Below are positions 19,421 through 28,170 of a DNA stretch of 55,169 nt, piece after piece. The position numbers were made by a program, and so were the translations under genes. Where the stretch lies: positions 1 to 55,169 of the forward strand of contig JAUZNW010000003.1 in the NCBI GenBank assembly GCA_030706785.1, given 5' to 3'. The stretch comes from Bacteroidota bacterium. GTDB taxonomy: Bacteria; Bacteroidota; Bacteroidia; Bacteroidales; VadinHA17. Below the pieces are notes generated by a model, which ran no database searches, was not told the DNA's origin, and was given only the letters and a program-made list of their open reading frames with translations. The stretch's first letter is position 1; every line of letters begins with the position of its first letter.

Positions 19421-19591
19421 TAATATTTTTCAAAAATTTTGTTTTTTTTGAAGAAACTCCATATCTGCTACGCGGAAGTGTAACTAATCTGGACAATTTA
19501 CCCTGCCTGGAGAGGCGTCCCCTTGAATTCCACCCGGAGGAGGGAAATTAAACCCAGAACCCGCACAAAGCTGGGTGCCAGTTCGTATTAT

Positions 19592-19710
19592 TCTCCCCTT
19601 CAGGGGAGATCCCGCTTTAGCGGGAGAGGGCTAGTTAGGATTGGCTGGTAAGCCCTTTCAGGGGAGATCCTTCCGCCAACAGCAGGGGGGAAGGGTAGTC
19701 AGGGAGGTTA
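19592..19710. repeat. Cluster of GC-rich REP-like palindromes
   Basis: CCCYTTCAGGGGAGATCC twice (19595, 19653); TCCCGCTTTAGCGGGA hairpin at 19610-19625. Confidence 0.6.
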
Positions 19711-19790
19711 TGGAATCCTGGTACATCATAGAATCAATGCACCTGGTATTGTAAAAAAATGTACTTTTACACTTTTGCATTCCTATCAAT

Positions 19791-21050
19791 ATGCGAATGA
19801 CTTTTGTCAGGAGATTTGGAATCTTCAAGGAAAACCTCAAGATTTCAATCAAGGCTATCCGGTCAAACAGGGTACGAACAGTACTTACTATTTGTATTAT
19901 TGCTTTCGGAATAATGGCCCTGGTAGGTATTCTTACAGCTATCGACTCGATCAAGACGTCGCTTACATCACAGTTCACTATGATGGGAGCAAACTCCTTC
20001 ACGATCTCTTCCCGCGGAATGAATGTTCAGATCGGTAATGAAAGAACCCGTAACAGGAACTATTCCCGTATATCATACAGGGAAGCCACTGAATTTAAAA
20101 AGAGATTTACGGAACCGGCATGGGTATCGGTCGCCTGCAATGCCACGGGATTGGCTACAGTCAAGTATGAAACGGAAAAGACCAACCCGAATATCAGCCT
20201 TGTTGGTGTTGACGAAAATTATCTTTCTGTTTCCGGATATGAAATCAGTAACGGCAGGAACTTCAGTCCTGAAGAAATTCAGATGAACAGGAGGCTCGTA
20301 CTCCTGGGATCGGATGTCGCATCTGACGTTTTTCCGTCAGGTGTGGATCCTGTCGGAAAGGATGTCACTGTGGCAGGGCTAAAGCTTCAGGTTGCCGGAG
20401 TTCTCAAAAGCAAGGGAGCCAGCGTTACAGCAGGGGATAAGGTTTGTCTGATGCCTGTCTCCACGGCACGTCAGTATTTCCCCAGGCCAAACATGACTTT
20501 CAGCATTACCATTATGCCCATGAATCCTGTTAACCTTGATGCTATGGAGGGTGAAGCTGAAGGTGTCTTCAGGGTAATAAGGAACCTGGCGCCTAAGGAT
20601 CCATCCGACTTTAACCTGGTAAAAAGTGATACCATTCTTAATATGCTTCTCAAGAACATCCGCTATGTTACACTTGCTGCGACACTTATCGGTATTGTAA
20701 CATTGTTCGGAGCTGCGGTCGGGCTTATGAATATCATGCTGGTCTCAGTGACTGAAAGAACAAGGGAAATAGGAGTGAGGAAAGCTATAGGGGCAAAACC
20801 GGCAATGATAAAGTATCAGTTCCTTTATGAGTCGATCATGATCGGACAATTTGGAGGTCTGTTCGGAATAATCCTGGGAATTGCAATTGGCAATGCACTG
20901 TCGATAGCCCTGAAAACAAGCTTTGTTGTACCATGGTTCTGGGTGATCATGGGAATAATCGTCTGTTTTATAGTTGGGATTGCATCAGGATATGCCCCGG
21001 CAGTCAAGGCAGCGAATGTTGATCCTATTGAAGCTCTCAGATATGAATAA
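19791..21050 (+). CDS. ABC transporter permease, MacB/FtsX family
   Basis: GLMNIMLVSVTERTREIGVRKAIGA, large periplasmic loop, DPIEALRYE C-terminus. Confidence 0.92.
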   Translation: MRMTFVRRFGIFKENLKISIKAIRSNRVRTVLTICIIAFGIMALVGILTAIDSIKTSLTSQFTMMGANSFTISSRGMNVQIGNERTRNRNYSRISYREATEFKKRFTEPAWVSVACNATGLATVKYETEKTNPNISLVGVDENYLSVSGYEISNGRNFSPEEIQMNRRLVLLGSDVASDVFPSGVDPVGKDVTVAGLKLQVAGVLKSKGASVTAGDKVCLMPVSTARQYFPRPNMTFSITIMPMNPVNLDAMEGEAEGVFRVIRNLAPKDPSDFNLVKSDTILNMLLKNIRYVTLAATLIGIVTLFGAAVGLMNIMLVSVTERTREIGVRKAIGAKPAMIKYQFLYESIMIGQFGGLFGIILGIAIGNALSIALKTSFVVPWFWVIMGIIVCFIVGIASGYAPAVKAANVDPIEALRYE

Positions 21051-21075
21051 AAAAAGGGGCCTGTTCAGCCCCTTT
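21049..21075. terminator. Terminator hairpin between convergent ABC permease and gap
   Basis: AAAGGGGC-loop-GCCCCTTT with A-tract on the left (strong for gap). Confidence 0.8.
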
Positions 21076-21094
21076 CCTATTTCAGATGTGAAAA

Positions 21095-22102
21095 TTAATT
21101 TTTCATAACCAGCGGAATGAGATCCACAACCCTGCAGGAATAACCCCATTCGTTGTCATACCAAGAAAGGACCTTTATCATCTTCCCGTTCACCATTGTG
21201 CTCAGTGAATCGAATATTGAAGAAGCTGTGGTATGGATAACATCGACCGATACAATAGGATCTTCACAGTATTCCAGAATTCCCTTCATCGGGCCTTCAG
21301 AAGCTTTCTTAATTGCAGCATTTATCTCTTCCTTTGTAACCTCTTTCTTCAGAACTGCTACAAGGTCGACCAGCGAACCTGTTGGAGTCGGAACTCTGAT
21401 CGAAATACCATCAAGTTTCCCTTTAAGTTCCGGGATTACCTTTCCGACGGCCTTTGCAGCTCCGGTAGTGGTTGGGATCTGTGACAAGGCTGCTGAACGT
21501 GCACGCCTCAGGTCTTTGTGCGGAAGATCGAGTATCCTCTGGTCGTTAGTATATGAGTGGATAGTCGTCATATAACCTATCTCTATGCCAAAGCTGTCGT
21601 TCAGAACCTTTGCAACGGGAGCGAGGCAGTTGGTAGTGCACGATGCGTTCGAAACGCATTGATGCTCGGGTTTAAGATCTTTTTCATTTACACCTATAAC
21701 TATCATTGCATCAATGGTATCCTTCGCGGGCACCGTAAGAATAACCTTCTTTGCGCCGTTCTTGAGGTGATCACCATAACCGCCTTTCGGACTCTCTTTT
21801 GATGTAAAGATACCGGTTGACTCAATAACAACATCCGGTTTTTCCTTCCACGGAATATTTGCAGGATTTTTTTCGGCATGAACCCTGTATTTAACTCCGT
21901 TTACAATAATATTCTCAGCATCATGGGATACACCATCAAATTTCCCCTGGGTCGAATCGTATTTAAGCAGGTGAGCAAGAGTCAGAGTATCTGTAATATC
22001 ATTGATTCCTATGACCTCGATATCCTTTCTCTCAAGCGCAATCTTGAAAACATTGCGTCCGATCCTGCCAAAGCCGTTAATGGCAACTTTAATCTTTGAC
22101 AT
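21095..22102 (-). CDS. gap: Glyceraldehyde-3-phosphate dehydrogenase, type I
   Basis: [27 protein letters not shown]; promoter TATTTTTG (minus) at 22137-22144. Confidence 0.97.
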   Translation of the reverse strand: MSKIKVAINGFGRIGRNVFKIALERKDIEVIGINDITDTLTLAHLLKYDSTQGKFDGVSHDAENIIVNGVKYRVHAEKNPANIPWKEKPDVVIESTGIFTSKESPKGGYGDHLKNGAKKVILTVPAKDTIDAMIVIGVNEKDLKPEHQCVSNASCTTNCLAPVAKVLNDSFGIEIGYMTTIHSYTNDQRILDLPHKDLRRARSAALSQIPTTTGAAKAVGKVIPELKGKLDGISIRVPTPTGSLVDLVAVLKKEVTKEEINAAIKKASEGPMKGILEYCEDPIVSVDVIHTTASSIFDSLSTMVNGKMIKVLSWYDNEWGYSCRVVDLIPLVMKN

Positions 22103-22171
22103 AATTAAATCATTAATTGGTTAATAAATTGACCAACAAAAATAGTATTTTTTTATAAAAAACGGTGTCTG

Positions 22172-22990
22172 TTAATAATTAACGGGATTAGCTGTCGCTC
22201 TTTTCCTTTTGAAGATGTAGGAAAATTTATTTGTCTCAGGGTTGAGAGGATCAATGATGATCCCAAATCTGTAACTGACAAACAATGAGAAATATAAGGC
22301 TTTATTATCGTACGTTGCCATTATCGGGATCTTTTTGGGGAATGCGCTGAATGTAGCTCCGACTTCCACAGCATGGATCACCTTGTCGAGCTTGCTGTAT
22401 TCAAAATTGAATCCGGCCTTGATGAAGAGACCCGGAAGGAATTTAATCTCATTCAATCCCTTTGTGAAGCTGGCTCTACTGTAAATGTCATAAGGAGGGT
22501 GAACATTTACATCCAGCTTCTCATCCCTTATTTCGAATTCATTTAACGAAATTGGATATAAGATCCTGTAGTAAATAGGCTTATAGATAGCCAGTGTTGG
22601 TCCGCCTGAATAGAAGAACCTGACAGCAATTCCTCCGAGATCAGCTTTTTTAAACATTTCATGCTGATGACCGTAACTGCCTCTGAGGTAAAATACTGAA
22701 TTCAGCTTGCCGTAGATGAATGTACCGGGGGTCTGATAAAGAGGATTGGATTCCCTGTATTCCCTTGGATGCTTCAGATTTCCAAATTCGACCTCGAAAA
22801 ACCGCTTGTTAAGGTAATCAACCCTTTTTGCTTCACGGTAACTGATGCCGTATCCATCGGAATTAAGCAGTGCTGCAAATGACCTTTCATTCCTGAAGAA
22901 GATTTTTTGCTGCTGATCGATCTCACCCTGCGCAAACAGGAAACCTGTACAACAGCTATACAGAAATGATATCATCAGCAACCTTCTCAT
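22172..22990 (-). CDS. Exported hypothetical protein, probable outer-membrane beta-barrel
   Basis: Signal peptide MRRLLMISF...LFA|Q from ATG 22990; alternating aromatic/Gly strands ending YFSLFVSYRFG. Confidence 0.65.
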   Translation of the reverse strand: MRRLLMISFLYSCCTGFLFAQGEIDQQQKIFFRNERSFAALLNSDGYGISYREAKRVDYLNKRFFEVEFGNLKHPREYRESNPLYQTPGTFIYGKLNSVFYLRGSYGHQHEMFKKADLGGIAVRFFYSGGPTLAIYKPIYYRILYPISLNEFEIRDEKLDVNVHPPYDIYSRASFTKGLNEIKFLPGLFIKAGFNFEYSKLDKVIHAVEVGATFSAFPKKIPIMATYDNKALYFSLFVSYRFGIIIDPLNPETNKFSYIFKRKRATANPVNY

Positions 22991-23045
22991 CCACCTATCC
23001 CAACTAATCAATATAACAAACAAAAACAGTAAAATCCCGGTATTC

Positions 23046-23171
23046 TCAGCCGTTATTCTCGGTTTGTGCCGTTTCTGCGTCAGTGTAGGCAGGGCAGGAT
23101 TTTTCATTGCATGCACTTGCAAAGAGGGCGGCAATAAAACAAATAACCAGGATTACAGCCAACTTTTTCAT
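23046..23171 (-). CDS. Small lipoprotein, 41 aa (lipobox ASAC, CPAY motif)
   Basis: MKK + hydrophobic core + ASA-C21; promoter TACTTTTG (minus) at 23196-23203 supports start at 23171 rather than 23315. Confidence 0.75.
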   Translation of the reverse strand: MKKLAVILVICFIAALFASACNEKSCPAYTDAETAQTENNG

Positions 23172-23355
23172 ACAACCATGGTTTTTGGTTAGACACAAAA
23201 GTAAAACAATCAATTTAAAAACAATCTCTATGCCAGAAATTTTATTTTGAGGGGGAAAGTCCAGATCAAACTTATATAGTCCCGGCTTAGCATATACAAA
23301 ACATATTTTTTGCATTTTTGTTGTATGTTTCTAAATATAATATTGATCCTATTGT

Positions 23356-24276
23356 ATGAAAACAGAGTTAATTATACTATTTATGGCATTTATGACTACA
23401 AATTCTTTCTCACAGGAAAAACCAGGATACAATGATCTGACAAAGCAGGAAGCAGCAGTGATTAACGGGAAGGGAACCGAGACCCCTTTTACAGGAAAGT
23501 ACACAAATTTCTTCGGGGAGGGTACCTACATCTGCAAGAAATGTGGTCAGGCGCTCTATTACTCCTCTTCAAAGTTCAAGTCCGATTGCGGCTGGCCCAG
23601 CTTTGATGACGAAATAAAAGGTGCAGTTGCCCGGTATCCCGATCCTGATGGCTTCAGGACCGAGATTGAATGTGCAAATTGCGGAGCACATCTGGGACAT
23701 GTTTTTATCGGGGAACAGCTCACTGCAAAAGATACAAGGCACTGCGTCAATTCAATTTCCATGGACTTTGTTCCCGCCCACCTGGCACCTGGAAGATATG
23801 GAACAGCAATCTTTGCCGGAGGATGCTTCTGGGGTGTAGAGTACTATATGCAGAAAGCTCCTGGAGTTATAACAGTCACGTCAGGATATACCGGAGGGCA
23901 CGTAAAGAATCCTTCGTACAGGGAGGTCTGTACCGGTACTACCGGTCATGCTGAATCAGTGAAGATTATCTATGATTCTGATAAGACTTCTTACGATAAA
24001 CTTCTGCGGTTGTTTATGGAGATTCATGATCCGACCCAGGTAGGAGGGCAGGGTCCCGATATCGGTGACCAGTACCGGTCAGAGATATTCTACCTGAATG
24101 ATGACCAGAAGAAGATAGCAGAGAATGATATTGCCATTCTTAAGGGAAAGGGATTGAAAGTTGTAACGGCTGTGACCAAGGCATCGGAGTTCTATCCTGC
24201 AGAAGATTACCATCAGGATTATTATTTCAAGAATGGCAAGCTCCCTTATTGTCATGTTTATACCAAAAGATTCTGA
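23356..24276 (+). CDS. msrAB: Bifunctional methionine sulfoxide reductase MsrB-MsrA, exported
   Basis: CGWPSF, HLGHVF, RHCVNS (MsrB); GGCFWG, AEDYHQDY (MsrA); N-terminal signal peptide. Confidence 0.93.
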   Translation: MKTELIILFMAFMTTNSFSQEKPGYNDLTKQEAAVINGKGTETPFTGKYTNFFGEGTYICKKCGQALYYSSSKFKSDCGWPSFDDEIKGAVARYPDPDGFRTEIECANCGAHLGHVFIGEQLTAKDTRHCVNSISMDFVPAHLAPGRYGTAIFAGGCFWGVEYYMQKAPGVITVTSGYTGGHVKNPSYREVCTGTTGHAESVKIIYDSDKTSYDKLLRLFMEIHDPTQVGGQGPDIGDQYRSEIFYLNDDQKKIAENDIAILKGKGLKVVTAVTKASEFYPAEDYHQDYYFKNGKLPYCHVYTKRF

Positions 24277-24306
24277 TATTCATTCAATTCTCTAAAAAGA
24301 AGAATT

Positions 24307-24549
24307 ATGAGACAGGTTCCATTTATGCTTTCATTGCTTCTTTTCCTTGCCTCAGGAAGACTTGCCAATTCGAATGCCAGAGGCAGCTTATCACCTGCTG
24401 ATCAGACAACACAAACTCAGACTGAGGTTCCCGGACAGACAGGTTCCGGGAATACTGCAGCAATTATCGCAGGTGCAGTTGCGATAGTTGCAATTGCAGG
24501 TTATTTTTTGCTCAGAAAGAAAAACCCCCAACCCCCTAAAGAGGGCTGA
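24307..24549 (+). CDS. Small hypothetical membrane-anchored protein
   Basis: Signal-like N-terminus, T/Q-rich linker, PGQTG, hydrophobic helix, RKK tail. Confidence 0.5.
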   Translation: MRQVPFMLSLLLFLASGRLANSNARGSLSPADQTTQTQTEVPGQTGSGNTAAIIAGAVAIVAIAGYFLLRKKNPQPPKEG

Positions 24550-24584
24550 TTCTAATACCTTCAACTAAACCCCGTATAGGGGGT
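24524..24584. repeat. REP-like doublet overlapping the 3' end of the small ORF
   Basis: ACCCCCAACCCCCTAAAGAGGGCT ... CCCCGTATAGGGGG. Confidence 0.55.
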
Positions 24585-24625
24585 CTACTCTTAGTACACA
24601 TCTTATAATTCATTTTAATTCAGTA

Positions 24626-24666
24626 TTACTTTCTTTGTCTTGACACAAAGAAAGTAAACAAAGAAA
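24626..24666. repeat. Perfect 13-bp inverted repeat with duplicated arm
   Basis: TTACTTTCTTTGT-cttgac-ACAAAGAAAGTAA followed by ACAAAGAAA. Confidence 0.8.
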
Positions 24667-24959
24667 ATTCTCTGAGGCCAATTGAAATCCTAAATCCCCG
24701 CTTACCTTAGAAATGATCGGTATTTAACGTGCGATGGCAAACCGAAAATAGCCTGCCCCGACTTGGCGGGGGAGCGAACTGAAGGCATTTTGGTAGCGGG
24801 AAGGCATTGTGTAGCCTTTAGCTTTGTTTTTGATTTATATTCTAATTAAATAAATGAATATTACATCATTACATTACTTTCCTGCTAAAACTTGCCATCT
24901 GTTTGCCACTGCCTTATGAGATACATGGCTGTTCCTTCAAGCCTTCAAACCATCCCAAC

Positions 24960-26093
24960 CTACACTTTTATCCAAATATTTCCCTTTGCGTTCGAATCCA
25001 CTACTGCGTGTATGAATTTCATTCCCCTGACACCGTCATGAACTGAAGGGAACTCTCCCGGAGTGAATTTTTGGTTACGGATAGATTTAGCTGTTCCCCT
25101 GTAGATGTTCGCGAGAGCTTCATATATCCCTTCAGGGTGCCCTGCAGGCATGGTATGACCTTCTTCAGCAAGCTTTTCATTATAACCGTGGGCAGGTTTA
25201 AAGATCCTGATTGTATCAGAATCGCTGAGCATATACAGGTAATTGGGATTCTCCTGACCCCATTTAAGGCTTGCCTTTGATCCGTACACCGCAATCGTAA
25301 GGTTATTTTCCTCACCGGCGCATACCTGGCTTGAACGGATCACCCCCTTCAGCTTGTCGCTGAACCGGATGAGCACAGTCCCGTCAAGATCAAGCTTGAT
25401 CCCTTCCTTCACGGGATTAAGGTCGGAGAGCACTTCCCTGACTTCAAGACCTGTCGTATACTCGATCAGGTTGAAAGCATGTACCCCTATGTCACCCATG
25501 CAACTGCTGGCTCCGGCATGCTGAGGATCAAGCCTCCATACCCCTGTTATCCTGCTCCCTGTTCCGTGGATTATGGAATTTATCCATCCCTGGTAATATT
25601 GTGCATCAATCCGCTGGATGGTCCCGAGTACCCCCTTTGATATCAGATCCCTCATCTGGCGGACCATAGGGTAACCGGTGTAGGTGTGAGTCAGCGCAAA
25701 AGTCAGTTTTTTCTTTGCAACAAGCATTTCAAGATCAAGAGCTTCCTGAACCGTGATTGTCATCGGCTTTTCACACACGAGATGAAATCCGTCCTCAAGC
25801 AGCTTTTTTGCAAATGGATAATGGAGATCATTCGGTGTAACTATTGCCACAACTTCCATCCGTGCGTCTGCCGGCATGGCAAGCTCTGTTTTGATCATAT
25901 CGTCCACACTTTTGTAACATCTTCTCAGGTCGATTCCTTCCTTTGCTGCGAATTCTTTGCTTTTTTCATAGTCAACATCAAAGACTCCACATACCAGTTC
26001 AAAATCATTGCAAATACGTGAGGCGCGGCGGTGGGCGTCACCAATAAATGCACCAATACCGCCTCCGATCATTCCCATTTTAATCTTTTTCAT
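24960..26093 (-). CDS. Gfo/Idh/MocA family oxidoreductase
   Basis: GMIGGG..FIG, VTPNDLH, CEKPM, GDIGVH. Confidence 0.92.
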   Translation of the reverse strand: MKKIKMGMIGGGIGAFIGDAHRRASRICNDFELVCGVFDVDYEKSKEFAAKEGIDLRRCYKSVDDMIKTELAMPADARMEVVAIVTPNDLHYPFAKKLLEDGFHLVCEKPMTITVQEALDLEMLVAKKKLTFALTHTYTGYPMVRQMRDLISKGVLGTIQRIDAQYYQGWINSIIHGTGSRITGVWRLDPQHAGASSCMGDIGVHAFNLIEYTTGLEVREVLSDLNPVKEGIKLDLDGTVLIRFSDKLKGVIRSSQVCAGEENNLTIAVYGSKASLKWGQENPNYLYMLSDSDTIRIFKPAHGYNEKLAEEGHTMPAGHPEGIYEALANIYRGTAKSIRNQKFTPGEFPSVHDGVRGMKFIHAVVDSNAKGNIWIKV

Positions 26094-26131
26094 ATTATAT
26101 TTTTTATGTAATACAATTGTCGTAAAGCGCT

Positions 26132-27124
26132 TTATTTTTCGAAAGCCGAGTCAAAAGCAATATTCGAAGGCGGGAAGTCAACCGATTTTACGTACATGCA
26201 GGCTTCGGCAGCTCCATGTTCGCGATCCATACCGCTGTCCTCCCATTCCACCGACAGAGGTCCCTTGTATCCGATCCTGTTAAGAGCCCTTATGATCTCC
26301 TCAAAGTTTATATTGCCACGGCCGAGACTCCTGAAATCCCAGTAACGGCCTTTCGTTCCGAACTCGGTATGGCCGCCGAAAACTCCTGCTTCAGCCGGAA
26401 TATCCGACCATCCGACATCCTTCATGTGAACATGGAATATCCTGTCATTAAAAGCGTATATAAATCCCACATAATCAACGCCCTGATATCCAAGATGTGA
26501 AGGATCAAAGTTAAAGCCGAATGCAGAATGGTTGTTCAATGCCTTAAGGGCTTTTCGTGCAGATGCAATGTCAAAGGCGATCTCTGTCGGATGCACCTCA
26601 AGGGCAAACTTGATTCCCAGCTTTTTGTAGGCATCAAGTATAGGCTTCCACCGCCTGGCGAAATCCTTATAACCTTCTTCGATCATCGATGCCGGAACTG
26701 CAGGAAAAGAATAGCAAAGATGCCATATAGGACTTCCTGTAAATCCGTTGACGACGGAAACACCAAGCCTTTTTGCGGCTTCTCCCGTCTTTATCATCTC
26801 AGCTGCGGCACGCTTTCTTACACCCTCCGGATCACCGTCGCCCCATACATAACCGGGGAGTATTCCTTTGTGTCTTTCATCAATACGGTCACTGACTGCT
26901 TGTCCGACAAGATGATTGGATATTGCAAACACTTTTAATCCATACTTGTCGAGCAGTTTCCGTTTTGACTTACAATAGGCTTCAGTTGCCTTGTTGACTT
27001 CAAAATGATCACCCCAGCATGCAAGTTCAAGTCCGTCATACCCGAACGATTTGGCTTTTTTGCATACTGTCTCAAGGGAAAGATCGGCCCACTGGCCTGT
27101 GAATAATGTAACTGGTCGGGTCAT
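26132..27124 (-). CDS. Sugar phosphate isomerase/epimerase (AP endonuclease 2 TIM barrel)
   Basis: Metal-ligand pattern LEVHP, FDPSH, HVHMKD, VEWED; start moved to ATG 27124 ([14 protein letters not shown]). Confidence 0.88.
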   Translation of the reverse strand: MTRPVTLFTGQWADLSLETVCKKAKSFGYDGLELACWGDHFEVNKATEAYCKSKRKLLDKYGLKVFAISNHLVGQAVSDRIDERHKGILPGYVWGDGDPEGVRKRAAAEMIKTGEAAKRLGVSVVNGFTGSPIWHLCYSFPAVPASMIEEGYKDFARRWKPILDAYKKLGIKFALEVHPTEIAFDIASARKALKALNNHSAFGFNFDPSHLGYQGVDYVGFIYAFNDRIFHVHMKDVGWSDIPAEAGVFGGHTEFGTKGRYWDFRSLGRGNINFEEIIRALNRIGYKGPLSVEWEDSGMDREHGAAEACMYVKSVDFPPSNIAFDSAFEK

Positions 27125-27206
27125 AATAAGATGTTTTAAAGTAATTATTAGTTGGTTGCTTCCGTCTTCAGTTCTCGCAGGACGTGATTTCGTCTTCCCT
27201 GCTATC

Positions 27207-27245
27207 TGCCAAGTGCCAATTGCCAACTGCCAACTGGCAACTGGC
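27207..27245. repeat. Heptamer tandem array TGSCAAN, about 5.5 units
   Basis: tgccaag tgccaat tgccaac tgccaac tggcaac tggc. Confidence 0.75.
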
Positions 27246-27344
27246 TCCCTACTTCATGCTAAGATAGTAAAAACCTTTTCACCGGATCAACCGGTTTGTA
27301 CATAAATTGTTTCCTTTGTAACTGTTAATACCAAAGTAAGTTTT

Positions 27345-28100
27345 ATGAACGATTTAATAAATTCTCTCTTCAGCCACAGGACCATCAGGAAATATTCAGC
27401 TCAACCTGTCAGCGACGGGCTTCTGGAGGAGCTTCTAAATGCCGGCTGCAGGTCCTCCACAACAGGCAATATGCAGGTTTACAGTATTATTGTCACAAGA
27501 GATGAGGCCAGGAAAAGGGCGCTTTTACCTTTGCATTTCAACCAGAAAATGGTAACAGAGGCTCAGGTGCTGCTCACATTCTGTGCTGATTTCAACAGGT
27601 TTGTAAAATGGTGTATTCTGAGGGATGCAATCCCCGGTTATGACAATTTCCTTTCTTTTATGACCGCTGCGATTGATGCAATAATTGCGACTCAGACTGT
27701 TTGTATTGCAGCTGAAGCCAGGGGGCTGGGGATCTGCTATCTTGGCACAACTACCTATATGGCTCACAAGATCATTGAGGTCCTTGGACTTCCCAGGGGT
27801 GTGATTCCTGTGACTTCAATCACCCTTGGCTGGCCGGATGAAAATCCGGAACAGCCTGACAGGCTCCCTCTCGAGGCAATCGTCCATAAGGAAAACTACA
27901 GTGATTATACAGACGAATCTATTGCTGAATTCTACAGGTTTAAGGAGCAGAGGGAGGATTCGGCGCAGTTCATAAAGGAGAACAACAAGCAGACCCTCGC
28001 ACAGGTGTTCACTGATATCCGCTATAAGAAAGAGGATAATTTATATTTTTCCCATACCTTTTTACAGGTGCTTAAGGATCAGGGATTTATGAATCAGTAA
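27345..28100 (+). CDS. Nitroreductase family protein (NfsA/FRP-like)
   Basis: HRTIRKY, GNMQVYSII, FCADFNR, GLGICYLG, DRLP. Confidence 0.88.
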   Translation: MNDLINSLFSHRTIRKYSAQPVSDGLLEELLNAGCRSSTTGNMQVYSIIVTRDEARKRALLPLHFNQKMVTEAQVLLTFCADFNRFVKWCILRDAIPGYDNFLSFMTAAIDAIIATQTVCIAAEARGLGICYLGTTTYMAHKIIEVLGLPRGVIPVTSITLGWPDENPEQPDRLPLEAIVHKENYSDYTDESIAEFYRFKEQREDSAQFIKENNKQTLAQVFTDIRYKKEDNLYFSHTFLQVLKDQGFMNQ

Positions 28101-28140
28101 GAATTATTCTGCAGGTCTTTCAAGTCATGCAAATTATCTG

Positions 28141-28170
28141 ACCTGCACAACCTGTACAACCTGCACAACC
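28141..28170. repeat. 9-mer tandem array ACCTGYACA x3
   Basis: acctgcaca acctgtaca acctgcaca acc, abutting the tricorn stop; TGCAGGTC at 28110 is inverted to it. Confidence 0.7.

Noticed and set aside
19791-21050. ABC permease without adjacent ATPase
   Set aside because: Orphan MacB-like permeases are common in Bacteroidota; partner probably encoded elsewhere
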